A DNA stretch of 57,851 bases from NCBI GenBank assembly GCA_040002615.1, contig JBDUEE010000024.1, positions 1-57,851 of the forward strand, in the 5' to 3' direction. The stretch is from Chloroflexota bacterium. Its GTDB lineage: Bacteria; Chloroflexota; Limnocylindria; QHBO01. Position numbers and translations under genes: made by a program. The notes below the pieces were generated by a model. It did no database searches, had not been told where the DNA came from, and worked only from the letters and a program-made list of their open reading frames with translations. How positions within the stretch are numbered: position 1 is the stretch's first letter; every line of letters starts with the position of its first letter. This document shows, one piece after another, positions 1 through 9,720 of this stretch.

Positions 1-75
1 TGAGCGTGGAGGATGGTATGTAGATATCGATCACAACCTTCCGACCAGACCGCCTCACCTACACTGCGCCGCAGC

Positions 76-1236
76 ATGATCCGGCTCGACGGCAACGAAC
101 GCCTGCTCATCGGCCTGACGCTGGCCATCAAGGTCACCGTGCTGGTCCTGGGGGTAGTGGCGTGGCAGCTGGTGCGCAGTGGCGAGGTCGCCTTCCCCGC
201 CCTCGAGCTGTGGGACCGATGGGACGCGCCCCACTACACCGACATCATCGTCTACGGCTACCGTGCCGTGGACCCCGGCAACCTGGTCGATCCCCATGGC
301 TACCGCCAGATCTACCCCGGCGACCTGGGCCTGTACATCGTCTTCTATCCCCTCTTTCCGTGGCTCGGCGCAGTGGTCAATGCGCTCATCCACCAGCCGG
401 TGTGGAGCGCCTTCATCGTGTCCGGCATCGCCTCCCTGTTCGTCGCGCCACTGCTGTATCGCCTGGTGCGCCACGACGAATCCCCGGATGTGGCGCTGCG
501 CTCGGCGTGGTTTCTGCTCATCTTCCCGACCGCTTACTTCCTGCACATCGGCTACACCGAGGCGCTGTTCATGGCGCTGGTGCTCGGCTCGTTCCTGGCC
601 GCGCGGACGGACCGATGGTGGCTGGCGGGTGCGCTCGGTGGCCTTGCCGCCCTGACCCGCATCAACGGCCTCGTGCTGCTTCTTGCGCTGCCTGTCGAGG
701 CCGCCACGCAGTGGTACATGCAGCCGCCCGAGGCGCGGCGCTTCCGCTCTAGGTGGCTGGCGATCGGCCTGGTGGGGATGGGGTTCGCCGTATACCTCGG
801 ACTGAACCTTGCCCTGTACGCGACGCCGTTCCAGTTCCTGCACGTCCAGCAGGAGCACTGGTTCAAGTCGCTGGCGTCGCCGGTCGACGCCATCAACAGC
901 GCGCTCGGCTGGTTCGGCAGCGAGAAGCCGGACGATGTCCTGATGTACGGGGTCATGGAACTGCTGTTCGTGGGGATCGGGCTGGGCGGTACGATCGTGG
1001 CCGCGTTCCGCTTCCGCCCCTCCTGGTTCGCCTGGATGGCGGGCAACCTGGTGCTGTTCTTGTCGACGTCGTTCCTGCTGTCGACCCCGCGCTACGCGCT
1101 GACCCTCTTCCCGCTGTTCGTGGCGCTGGCGCTGCCGACCCGCCGGACGTGGCTGCTGGTGGCGGTATCGGTGGTATCGATCGTCGGGTTCGTCTATTTC
1201 GCCTCGCGCTTCGCGACCGGCAGCTGGGCGTTCTGA
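76..1236 (+). CDS. Polytopic membrane glycosyltransferase, GT-C fold (PIG-V / mannosyltransferase-2-like family)
   Basis: ORF 13..1236 (407 aa). It has many hydrophobic segments. The early loop motif WDRWDAPHYTDIIVYGY is typical of PIG-V/GT76-like mannosyltransferases. The ATG at 76 (MIRLDG...) is a more plausible start than the first in-frame codon at 13. Confidence 0.55.
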   Translation: MIRLDGNERLLIGLTLAIKVTVLVLGVVAWQLVRSGEVAFPALELWDRWDAPHYTDIIVYGYRAVDPGNLVDPHGYRQIYPGDLGLYIVFYPLFPWLGAVVNALIHQPVWSAFIVSGIASLFVAPLLYRLVRHDESPDVALRSAWFLLIFPTAYFLHIGYTEALFMALVLGSFLAARTDRWWLAGALGGLAALTRINGLVLLLALPVEAATQWYMQPPEARRFRSRWLAIGLVGMGFAVYLGLNLALYATPFQFLHVQQEHWFKSLASPVDAINSALGWFGSEKPDDVLMYGVMELLFVGIGLGGTIVAAFRFRPSWFAWMAGNLVLFLSTSFLLSTPRYALTLFPLFVALALPTRRTWLLVAVSVVSIVGFVYFASRFATGSWAF

Positions 1237-1711
1237 GCGGCGGGCCGTGCCTGCCTCGCCGCGGCGACTTGGCCAGGTACCAACCAGGATCGGCTTATGC
1301 GGTGTGGACGTCGCAAACAGACATGGCACGAGGCTAGGCGCGCACGGATCGAGCGCGAATCGAGCGTCGCGCGAGGTCGTTGCAGCTGCCGCAGCAGGCT
1401 AAGCCGACGGTGATTGGTATGGAATGGGATGGGCCGCATCGTCGGGGCGGCACCACGCACGGACGCGCCATCAAGAATCCGGGCAACGAAATGTCCCGAA
1501 GGAACCGCGGCGACCGTTGATGTGATCTCCAGTCGGCCAGCTGCCCCTTCGGGACGACTGCAGCATGGCAGCCGCCAGGGCAGGGTGGCAAGGGGAGTTG
1601 TCCACGACTTCGGTGCGGATTGGGGTAGTTATCCACAGTTCGTCCCCGTATCCCGGATCGTACGGACCGATAGAACCTAGTGTCGGCCCAACTAGCTGGA
1701 GGACTCAAACG

Positions 1712-2242
1712 ATGCTCGCGCTAGCTCGCCGTCCCGCGTTCGACCCGCTCACCCTGCTTGCAGCCGGTGCGGCTGTCGCCCTGCTGCTGACGGCCGCGCT
1801 GCTCGCCGCGCCGCGCGACGACGCGGCCGACACCGTCCCGGTCGATATCTCCGGCTTTGCGTTTCAGCCGGGCAACGTGACGATCCGGGTCGGCGATACG
1901 GTCACGTGGACGCACAACGACGGCACCGCGCACACGGCCACCAGCACCGACGATCCGGCGCTGTTCGATGGCGAGATGGCGCCCGGCGAAAGCTTCTCCT
2001 TCACATTCTCTGATGCCGGGACCTTCGACTACATCTGCGAGATTCACCCGGCCATGCACGGAACGGTCGTGGTGGAAGCCGCGGCAGCGTCGCCCGGTGC
2101 GAGTCAGCTGCCGGACGGTGCCATGGCTCCCGGGAGTGGTGGCAAGACCTCGCTGGCGGTGGTGCTGGGGATTGGGCTGATTGCGCTCAGCCTGCTCGCC
2201 TGGACCGGCGCCGCATCGTATCGCGCACGGAGGACGCCCTAG
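1712..2242 (+). CDS. Membrane-anchored cupredoxin (amicyanin/pseudoazurin-like blue copper protein)
   Basis: ORF 1565..2242. The internal ATG at 1712 lies about 9 nt downstream of a GGAGGA. There is an N-terminal hydrophobic segment (LTLLAAGAAVALLLTAALLAAP). The type-1 Cu ligand pattern is present: TWTHNDGTAHTA ... YICEIHPAMHG (C-x2-H-x2-M). There is a C-terminal hydrophobic anchor. Confidence 0.8.
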   Translation: MLALARRPAFDPLTLLAAGAAVALLLTAALLAAPRDDAADTVPVDISGFAFQPGNVTIRVGDTVTWTHNDGTAHTATSTDDPALFDGEMAPGESFSFTFSDAGTFDYICEIHPAMHGTVVVEAAAASPGASQLPDGAMAPGSGGKTSLAVVLGIGLIALSLLAWTGAASYRARRTP

Positions 2243-3896
2243 CCGAGCGCGGCGACGCCGTGGCGCGGCGCGAGCCACCGATCGCCATGGCCTGCAGCGC
2301 GGGTAGGCGGTCGACCGATTCCCGCGTGTCGAGGGGCAGGCTGCCGGCCAGGTGGCCGTCCGGGCGGATGAGCCAGGCACGCGACCCGGCCGCGCCGTAC
2401 GTGTGCAGCAGCTCACCGGTCGGATCCTTTAGGACGGTCACGCCACGCAAGGGCGTGTCGGCACCAATGACGGCGATGCGGCACGGCGCCGGCCACGCCA
2501 GCCGGGCTGCCCGGATCGCCATCGCCGCCGCCGCCTGGCTGCCGGTGCGGCACACCAGCAGTGCCAGAAAGTCACCGCCGACCAGGTCGCGCAGGCGCGC
2601 GAGCGCGGCCTCCTCCGCACCCAGCGCGCTGCAGGACGCGTCCGGCGCGACCGCGCCATGCACCGGAAGGCGATCGTCGCCATGGTCCGGCGCCACAACG
2701 GGCGAAGACCGATACGTGTGCGGCTGTGACAGGCGCCCAGAGTTGACGCGGCGGCGCAGGGCGTCGAAGCGGACGCTGCCGCGCAGGATCGCGTTGCGCG
2801 CGGCCCGCCGCAGTGGCCCGCGCGGCACCATGAATCGCATGCTGGCGTCGGTGATCGCCAGGTTCTCGACGGCGGCCGCGCGACGTTCGGCCTCGTAGCT
2901 GTCAAGCAGCGCTTCAGGCGCCCGGCCGTCGAGCACCAGCGCAAGCTTCCACGCCAGGTTTTCGGCGTCGGCGGCTCCCGAGTTCAGGCCGCGGGCACCG
3001 AACGGGCTCATCAGGTGGGCGGCATCGCCGGCAAGCAGCGCCCGTCCGACGCGGAAGCGCGCCGCCAGGCGCTGGTGGAACCGGTAGGCGGTCACCCAGG
3101 CCAGCTCGTATTCGGTCTCCGGGCCCACCACCTGCCGGATCCGCCGATCAAGCGCGCCGGAGGCACGCTCGACGTCGACATCGGTCCCGGATGGGACCTG
3201 CCAGTCGATCCGCCACGTATCGTCCGGCTGGGGATGAACCAGGACCTGGCGGCCGGGATTCCAGGGCGGATCGAAGAAGAAGCGGCGCTCCCGCGGGAAT
3301 GGCAGCCGGGCGCGTATATCGCAGATCAGAAACAGGTCATCGTGGCTGTGGCCTGGAAATCCCATGCCCAGCAGCTGACGGACCGATGAGTGGGCACCAT
3401 CGGTCCCGACCGCATAGGCCGCATTCAGCTCGACCCTTCCCTCCGCCGTCTCGCAGCTGAGGCGGACGCCATCCGGGTCCTGGCGCAGGCCAACGAGCCG
3501 ATATCCCCATCGCACCTCGACGTTCGGAACCTCGCGCAGGCGCTCCAGCAGGAGCTCCTCGACCTCCGTCTGGTTGATGTTGACGAAGGGCGGGAAATGG
3601 TCCGCCTCGCTGCTCGGGAGGCGGATGCTGAACAGCTCGCGATCGCGAAAGTAGGTGCGTCCCAGGTCCCATTGCACGCCGCGGGCTGCCACCGTCTCGC
3701 CGACGCCCAGCCGTGCCCAGATCTCGAGCGTCTCGCGCTGCATGCAGAGCGCCTTCGATCCCTCGCCGGTGTGCCGGGGGTGCTGCTCAAGAAGGACGAC
3801 ATTGACGCCACGCTGCGCCAGGCGACCGGCCAGGGTCATGCCAATCGGTCCCGCACCCACCACGGCAACCTGGGCGTCGAGCGCAGGCATGCGCAC
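2187..3896 (-). CDS. FAD-dependent aromatic-ring monooxygenase (PheA/TfdB-type hydroxylase family)
   Basis: 569 aa. N-terminal Rossmann motif VAVVGAGPIGMTLAGRLAQRGVNVVLLEQ. FAD/substrate motif LAGDAAHLMSPFGARGLNSG. Long C-terminal thioredoxin-like extension typical of the family. Confidence 0.85.
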   Translation of the reverse strand: MRMPALDAQVAVVGAGPIGMTLAGRLAQRGVNVVLLEQHPRHTGEGSKALCMQRETLEIWARLGVGETVAARGVQWDLGRTYFRDRELFSIRLPSSEADHFPPFVNINQTEVEELLLERLREVPNVEVRWGYRLVGLRQDPDGVRLSCETAEGRVELNAAYAVGTDGAHSSVRQLLGMGFPGHSHDDLFLICDIRARLPFPRERRFFFDPPWNPGRQVLVHPQPDDTWRIDWQVPSGTDVDVERASGALDRRIRQVVGPETEYELAWVTAYRFHQRLAARFRVGRALLAGDAAHLMSPFGARGLNSGAADAENLAWKLALVLDGRAPEALLDSYEAERRAAAVENLAITDASMRFMVPRGPLRRAARNAILRGSVRFDALRRRVNSGRLSQPHTYRSSPVVAPDHGDDRLPVHGAVAPDASCSALGAEEAALARLRDLVGGDFLALLVCRTGSQAAAAMAIRAARLAWPAPCRIAVIGADTPLRGVTVLKDPTGELLHTYGAAGSRAWLIRPDGHLAGSLPLDTRESVDRLPALQAMAIGGSRRATASPRSARASSVRDTMRRRSRRAG

Positions 3897-3926
3897 GATG
3901 ATAGGCCTGCGGCGAGCGATGCGCCG

Positions 3927-4880
3927 TCAGGCGGTCAGCTGATCCCAGGTGGCGCGGTCGCGCTCAACGGTCCAGATGCGCGGGTGATCGATGCCGTCCA
4001 GCTCATCCCAGGCCCGCTGCACGTTGAACGGCATGGTGTGCTCGAAGATCGGGAAGGATCCATAGCGCGGGGCGAGAGCCGCATGCGTGGACCGATACGC
4101 CTCACGGGGCGTGCCACCGCTGTCGCGGACCGAACGTGTGCCGTCCAGGACGGCCGAGAGGAAGGACCGGGTGTCGTCGATGGCCTGGCCCACCGCCGCT
4201 CCCCGGACGACCGGGCCACGCCCACCGACCATCTGCCGAGCATCCAGCGCAGCTACGCGGTCCAGCGTGCTGGTGCGCCAGTCGCCGATGTGCGCGTCGC
4301 CCATGTACGGCGCGGCCTGCGCCTCCACCAGGTCCCCGGCGAAGCAGATGCGCTCCTTCGGCAGCCACACCACCAGGTCGCCGGTGGTGTGCCCACGCCC
4401 CAGGTAGCGCAGCTCGACGACCCGATTCCCCAGGTCCAGCTGCAGCTCCTGCTCGAACGTGTCGGTGGGCCGGGTGAGACCGGGAATCGTCTCGGCTCCC
4501 TCAAAAAGCCGAGGCATGCGCGCCTGCTCGCTAGCCCAATCCTGCTCACCCCGCTCCTCGATCAGGTCCGCCGTGCCCTGTGTGGCGATGATGCGCCGCG
4601 GGTTGAAGGCGCTGGCACCAAGGACTCGGACTGCGTGATAGTGCGTAAGCACCAGGTCCCCGAACGGCAGATCGCTCAGCGCCCGCACGATGTCGATCCA
4701 GCGCTCGGCCATGAATGGGGTGGCGCGCGCCTCGATCGCGAGGATGGCGTCGGTTCCGATCACGCAGCCCACGTTGGGGTCACCCTGCGCCGTGTACGCG
4801 TACACGCCGGGCGCGAGCTCCTCGAGCGTCGTCTCCTTCTGGGACAGATCTGCGCTTGACGCGAAGGGCTTGCTGCTCAC
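3927..4880 (-). CDS. MBL-fold metallo-hydrolase (variant first metal motif)
   Basis: ORF 3927..4997. Motifs seen: LVLTHYHAVRVLG, GRGHTTGDLVVWLP and FAGDLV. The GTG at 4880 avoids a 95-nt overlap with serA, but the start is uncertain. Confidence 0.75.
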   Translation of the reverse strand: MSSKPFASSADLSQKETTLEELAPGVYAYTAQGDPNVGCVIGTDAILAIEARATPFMAERWIDIVRALSDLPFGDLVLTHYHAVRVLGASAFNPRRIIATQGTADLIEERGEQDWASEQARMPRLFEGAETIPGLTRPTDTFEQELQLDLGNRVVELRYLGRGHTTGDLVVWLPKERICFAGDLVEAQAAPYMGDAHIGDWRTSTLDRVAALDARQMVGGRGPVVRGAAVGQAIDDTRSFLSAVLDGTRSVRDSGGTPREAYRSTHAALAPRYGSFPIFEHTMPFNVQRAWDELDGIDHPRIWTVERDRATWDQLTA

Positions 4881-4902
4881 GGCCCGATGATAGGCCGCCC
4901 GG

Positions 4903-6501
4903 CTAGAGCGGCGGCAGGTCCACCACCCGGGCGTCGCGCATGCCGGGCACGGCTCGCAGGCGGTCGAGCACCGCCTCTGGGACCGACGAGTCGACACTGA
5001 CGACCATCATTGCCTCGCCGGCCGCCGACAGGCGGGAGAGCTCCAGCGACGAGATATTCACGCCTGCCTCGGCAAGGGCCGTGCCGACCGACCCGACGAT
5101 CCCGGGCTGGTCGTGGTGGCGGGTGACGAGCATGAGGCCAGCCAGCTCGGCATCGATCTCGAAGCCATCCAACCCGGCCACGTGCGGCCGGCCGTGAGCG
5201 GTCGAGCCGGCCAGGCGCAGGACCGCCTTGCCCTCGCCGGCCTCGAGGGTGACCAGGGAGGCCCACGGGTCGGAGGCATCGGTCCGGGTCTCGCGAACGC
5301 TGAGCCCGCGCTCGCGGGCTACCAGGTCCGCGTTGACCGCGTTGACCCGCTGGTCGGTGACCGCCTCCAGGATGCCCGCCAGGGCGGCGGTGCGGATGGG
5401 CGAGCAGTCCCAGGCGGCGATCTCGCCGGCGTACGTCAGTGCGATGCAGTCGAAGGCGTCGGGCGACAGCTGGCGGGCCAGGATCGCCAGGCGGCGCCCG
5501 AGCTCGACGTACGGCCGCAGGCGCGGGACCACGTCCGGCGCTACCGAGGGCGCGTTGACCGCGTAGGTCGGGGTCAGGCCGGCCAGCGCCTCGAGGAGCT
5601 GTTCCGACATCTCGATCGCCACCCGGTCCTGTGCCTCGGCAGTCGATGCCCCGAGGTGCGGGGTGAGGACCGTGTTTGGCGCGTCGCGGAGCCGGTTGTC
5701 CGGCACCATCGGCTCTGTCGAGTAGACATCCACCGCTGCCCCTGCAAGGCGCCCGTCACGCAGGGCGGCGGCCAGGGCAGCCTCGTCCACGATCCCGCCG
5801 CGCGCCACGTTGAGGACGACGGCCCCCGGTTTCATGGCCTCCAGCTGCGCCTGACCGATGAGTCCACGCGTCTGCGAGGTCAGCGGTGTGTGGACGGTGA
5901 TGACGTCGGCGCGCAGCAGCAGCTCAGGCAGCCCGACCAGTCGCGCGCCGTGCTCGGACGCCTGCTCAGCGGTCAGATATGGGTCGTGGGCGATCACACG
6001 CATCTCGAAGGCGGTGGCACGGCGAGCCACGGCCTTGCCGATCTTGCCCAGACCGATGATGCCAAGCGTGCGATGCCGCAGCTCGGAGCCGGTGAAGCGG
6101 CCGCGCTCCCAGGCCCCGGCACGCAGCGAGGCATCTGCCGCCGGTATGCGGCGCAGCAGCGCCAGCATGAGGGCCATGGTGTGCTCCGCCGCGGCGATCG
6201 TGTTGCCGGTCGGCGCGTTGACCACCATCACCCCGGCCCGCGTGGCGGCGGCCAGATCGATGCGGTCGGTGCCCACGCTGGCGACTCCGACGACCGAGAG
6301 CCGCGGCGCGGCGGCGGCCAGCAGCTCGGCATCGACCCGCGTCTGCGAGCGGACCACGAGCGCATCCCAGCCGTCGGACGCCGCCAGCCGCTCCAGCAGG
6401 GCAGAGCGCGACAGGCCGGTGGCGATCGCCGTGTCATGGGCGGCGGTCAGGATCTCCAGGCCGGCCTTGGCGATCGGCTCGGCGACGAGGATGCGGGCCA
6501 C
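4903..6501 (-). CDS. serA: D-3-phosphoglycerate dehydrogenase (long form with ACT domain)
   Basis: 532 aa. NAD-binding motif GIIGLGKIGKAVARRATAFEMRVIAHDPY. D-isomer 2-hydroxyacid dehydrogenase core. C-terminal ACT-like segment LVTRHHDQPGIVGSVGTALAEAGVNISSLELSR. Confidence 0.9.
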   Translation of the reverse strand: MARILVAEPIAKAGLEILTAAHDTAIATGLSRSALLERLAASDGWDALVVRSQTRVDAELLAAAAPRLSVVGVASVGTDRIDLAAATRAGVMVVNAPTGNTIAAAEHTMALMLALLRRIPAADASLRAGAWERGRFTGSELRHRTLGIIGLGKIGKAVARRATAFEMRVIAHDPYLTAEQASEHGARLVGLPELLLRADVITVHTPLTSQTRGLIGQAQLEAMKPGAVVLNVARGGIVDEAALAAALRDGRLAGAAVDVYSTEPMVPDNRLRDAPNTVLTPHLGASTAEAQDRVAIEMSEQLLEALAGLTPTYAVNAPSVAPDVVPRLRPYVELGRRLAILARQLSPDAFDCIALTYAGEIAAWDCSPIRTAALAGILEAVTDQRVNAVNADLVARERGLSVRETRTDASDPWASLVTLEAGEGKAVLRLAGSTAHGRPHVAGLDGFEIDAELAGLMLVTRHHDQPGIVGSVGTALAEAGVNISSLELSRLSAAGEAMMVVSVDSSVPEAVLDRLRAVPGMRDARVVDLPPL

Positions 6502-6678
6502 CTGAGCGAGTGTAGCCGGGCCGGCTCCAGCGACGCGCGGCCTACATCGGGATGAGGATGGTGCCGATCATGATGGCCGCCGGGGCACCGATCGAGCCGA
6601 GCGGCGACATGGCGGACACCAGGCCGGTACGAATGGGGCAGGGTCCTATTGCCCGCCGTACGCCTAAGGTTGGCGACG

Positions 6679-7575
6679 ATGCGTCGATCTCGAGGCAAAA
6701 TCCTCCGCGCCCTCCTTGCAGGCGCCATCGCGGGAGTCTCCGTCGTGCCGCTGCCGGCCGCCGAGGCAGCGGCCAGCGTGCCTGCTGTCACGCTGGTTGG
6801 CGCCGGCGATATCGCGTCCTGCCGCTCGATGGGCGACGGGCAAACCGCCGCGCTCCTGGATGGTCTGAAGGGCACCGTTTTCACCACCGGTGACAACGCA
6901 TACGGAAACGGCACGCCATCGCAGTACAACAACTGTTACGGGCCGACCTGGGGCCGTCACAAGAGCAGGACCCGACCGACGCCCGGCAACCACGATTACC
7001 TGACCGAGGACGCCGCCGGCTACTTCGGCTACTTCGGCGACACGGCCGGCACGCCAGGTCGAGGTTGGTATGCCTACAACCGCGGAGCGTGGCGCATGTA
7101 TGCCCTGAACTCGAACTGCGACGCGATTGGCGGTTGCTGGGTTGGGTCGGCACAGGAGCGCTGGCTGCGGGCGGATCTGGCAGCGAATCCCCACGAGTGC
7201 GTGATGGCGTACTGGCACCATCCCCGCTTCAGCTCAGGCAGGCATGGCAACGAGCTTGTCGTCCGCGGCCTGTGGAAGACGCTGTATGCGGCGGGCGCCG
7301 ACATCGTGGTCAACGGCCACGATCACGACTACGAGCGCTTCGCCCCACAGGGCTGGAGCGGGACGGCAGACCCCGTGGGAATCCGCGAATTCGTGGTCGG
7401 CACCGGGGGTCGGGGCCATTACCCGCGAGCCACCGTGCAGCCGAACAGCGAGGCCTGGGATGAGACCTCGTATGGCGTATTGAAGCTGGTGCTCGGTGAC
7501 GGCTGGTATCGCTGGCACTTCATCCCAGCGGGCACATCAACGTTCCGCGACTCAGGTAGCACCGACTGCCACTGA
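6679..7575 (+). CDS. Secreted calcineurin-like metallophosphoesterase
   Basis: ORF 6649..7575. A signal-like N-terminus follows the ATG at 6679 (MRRSRGKILRALLAGAIAGVSVVPLPAAEAAAS). Metallophosphoesterase motifs GDIAS, GDNAY, GNHDY and NGHDHDYERF are present. Confidence 0.8.
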   Translation: MRRSRGKILRALLAGAIAGVSVVPLPAAEAAASVPAVTLVGAGDIASCRSMGDGQTAALLDGLKGTVFTTGDNAYGNGTPSQYNNCYGPTWGRHKSRTRPTPGNHDYLTEDAAGYFGYFGDTAGTPGRGWYAYNRGAWRMYALNSNCDAIGGCWVGSAQERWLRADLAANPHECVMAYWHHPRFSSGRHGNELVVRGLWKTLYAAGADIVVNGHDHDYERFAPQGWSGTADPVGIREFVVGTGGRGHYPRATVQPNSEAWDETSYGVLKLVLGDGWYRWHFIPAGTSTFRDSGSTDCH

Positions 7576-7580
7576 CGCCG

Positions 7581-9047
7581 ATGTCAGCTCGCGTGTACAG
7601 TCTTGGCCGGCATGTCCTTTGCAGATCTGTCTGGGCACCCATGATCCGACGTCACCTCATGGCGCTACGCATCGGCCTCATGGCCGTGGACGGGGCCGTG
7701 GCTGCCGCGGTCTTTCTGGTGGTTGCGGACCTGCGCTACCTGGATGGCGACGCATCCGCACTGTGGCGAGCGCTGGACTTCGAGCCGAGGCTCGCAGCTG
7801 TCCTTTTCGCCATGACCTGGGTGGTCGTGCTGTGGAGCTGCGGGCTGTACCGATTGACTCCTCGCTGGCGGGTCTGGAGCGAGGTGCGCGACATCGTCCG
7901 CGCAACGCTGCTGGTGATCGTGCTGGTCCTCTCCACGCTCTTCCTCACCAAGCAGACCGATGTCAGCCGCCTCTTCCTGGTGCTGCTTTTCATCGCCGAG
8001 CCGACGGTCACCCTGGCTGGGCGTCTCGCGGTGCGAGCCACCTTCGACGCGCTTCGTCGCCGCGGGCACAACGTTCGATTCATGATCATTGCGGGGACGG
8101 GGCAGCTTGCCCAGGACTTCGCCGATGAGCTCGAGCGGCACGATGGGCTGGGCATCCGCGTCATTGGCCACCTGTCAGCACCCGGTGAGCCTCCGTCGGT
8201 GGTGACGCGACCGATCCTGGGCGGGATCGACTCCATCGACAACATCGTGCATACCCAGGTCGTCGACGAGCTGGGGGTCTGCCTCCCGGAGAGCGCGTCT
8301 CGCTACCTGGAGCCGATCACCAGCATCGCGGCCGGGGAGGGCAAGACCGTGCGGGTGGCGGTCGATCCTGTTGACGAGCTTCCGGGCGCCGCGGAAGAAG
8401 TCTTTGACCGGTTCCTGGTGCGGTCGATCGTCAACGATGGCCACCGCGAGATCAGTCTCATCTTCAAGCGGCTGATCGACATCGCCGGATCGGCTATCGG
8501 ACTCGTGGTCCTGAGCCCTCTCTTCCTGGTCACGGCCGCGGCATTACGTGTCCTCGACAGCGGCCCCGTGCTGTACGGGCAGACACGCATCGGCCTCCAC
8601 GGGCGGCCATTCAAGATCTACAAGTTCCGCTCCATGGTTCCCGGTGCTCATGCGCGCCTCCGCGAGGTGCGCCATCTGAACGAGCGCAGCGGCATCGCGT
8701 TCAAGGCCACCAACGATCCCCGCATCACCCGCATCGGTCAGTGGCTGCGCCGCACCTCCATCGACGAGCTCCCGCAACTGTGGAACGTCCTGATCGGCTC
8801 GATGAGCCTGGTCGGCCCGCGGCCGCCGCTGCCGGAAGAGGTCGAGAAATACGACGTGTGGCATCGCCGACGCCTGTCAATGAGACCGGGAATCACCGGG
8901 CTATGGCAGGTCGAGGCGCGCCACGACCCGGACTTCGACACGTGGGTCCAGCACGACCTCGTGTACATCGACGACTGGTCGATCTGGCTCGACCTGAAGA
9001 TCCTGGCGAGGACACTCCCCGCCATGCTCGCGCACGGCGGACACTGA
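7581..9047 (+). CDS. Polyprenyl-phosphate glycosyl-1-phosphate transferase (WbaP/CpsE-type bacterial sugar transferase, priming enzyme)
   Basis: 488 aa. N-terminal TM segments. The C-terminal catalytic domain has [34 protein letters not shown] and [21 protein letters not shown]. An alternative ATG lies at 7641. Confidence 0.85.
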   Translation: MSARVYSLGRHVLCRSVWAPMIRRHLMALRIGLMAVDGAVAAAVFLVVADLRYLDGDASALWRALDFEPRLAAVLFAMTWVVVLWSCGLYRLTPRWRVWSEVRDIVRATLLVIVLVLSTLFLTKQTDVSRLFLVLLFIAEPTVTLAGRLAVRATFDALRRRGHNVRFMIIAGTGQLAQDFADELERHDGLGIRVIGHLSAPGEPPSVVTRPILGGIDSIDNIVHTQVVDELGVCLPESASRYLEPITSIAAGEGKTVRVAVDPVDELPGAAEEVFDRFLVRSIVNDGHREISLIFKRLIDIAGSAIGLVVLSPLFLVTAAALRVLDSGPVLYGQTRIGLHGRPFKIYKFRSMVPGAHARLREVRHLNERSGIAFKATNDPRITRIGQWLRRTSIDELPQLWNVLIGSMSLVGPRPPLPEEVEKYDVWHRRRLSMRPGITGLWQVEARHDPDFDTWVQHDLVYIDDWSIWLDLKILARTLPAMLAHGGH

Positions 9048-9052
9048 CGAAG

Positions 9053-9691
9053 TCAGGAATACCCGAGCTCTGCCAGCTTCGCGAGCACCTTGGCTGCCGA
9101 TTCCTCGGGCGACTCCGAACCGTCTGAGTGGCAGACGACCTCCGCGTTCAAAGGTGCCTCATACGGGTCATTCACGCCGGTGAAGTTCTGGATCTCCCCG
9201 GCCATCGCCTTGCGGTAGAGACCCTTGACGTCGCGGTCCGCGAGCACCTCGAGCGGCGCCTCGACATAAACCTCCACGAAGCGGCCGACGTTCGCTCGGA
9301 TCTGGTCGCGAATATCCCGGTAGGGGCTGATGGCGGCGGCGATCGCCACAACGTCGTTTCGCGACAGGACCTCGCACACCCAGCCAATACGCAGGATGTT
9401 CGTGTCACGATCTTCCTTGCTGAAGCCAAGCCCCTTCGACAGATGCGTGCGCACCGCATCGCCGTCGAGGACTTCGACCTTATCGCCCCGCGAGCGGAGC
9501 TCGGCCTCCAGGATGTGGGCGATCGTGCTCTTGCCGGATCCTGACAGGCCGGTGAACCAGATGGTGAAGCCCGTCGTCTCGCGATCGTGCCGCGTCCCGG
9601 CGCCACCGCCAAGGTGGATCGTCTCGCCGTGACGAGTGGTGGTCGTGGTCAGGTCGGGCGCCGGGGGCGCGGGTCGATCGGTCTCTGTCAT
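9053..9691 (-). CDS. cysC: Adenylylsulfate (APS) kinase
   Basis: ORF 9053..9910. The internal ATG at 9691 (MTETDRP...) is preceded by a GAAGGA-like RBS. P-loop [13 protein letters not shown] and LDGD are present. It lies immediately downstream of sat. Confidence 0.9.
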   Translation of the reverse strand: MTETDRPAPPAPDLTTTTTRHGETIHLGGGAGTRHDRETTGFTIWFTGLSGSGKSTIAHILEAELRSRGDKVEVLDGDAVRTHLSKGLGFSKEDRDTNILRIGWVCEVLSRNDVVAIAAAISPYRDIRDQIRANVGRFVEVYVEAPLEVLADRDVKGLYRKAMAGEIQNFTGVNDPYEAPLNAEVVCHSDGSESPEESAAKVLAKLAELGYS

Positions 9692-9720
9692 TCGTCCTTC
9701 GTGATAGCGGAAACTGTTGG

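Noticed and set aside
55-1329. A long ORF (424 aa) lies antisense to the first gene. Many similar long antisense or alternate-frame ORFs appear in the track: 3390..4859, 5113..6555, 9850..10929, 11043..12176, 15305..16345, 16267..17280, 17607..18737, 30177..31208, 30244..31701, 31709..32821, 37809..39086, 42523..43719, 43716..44963, 50106..51392, 51880..53160, 54107..55081 and 55597..56808.
   Set aside because: Their translations are Arg/Pro/Gly/Ala-rich and low in complexity, with no recognisable motifs. Each is fully shadowed by an ORF on the other strand or frame that carries clear family signatures. This is the expected artefact of stop-codon-poor, high-GC DNA.
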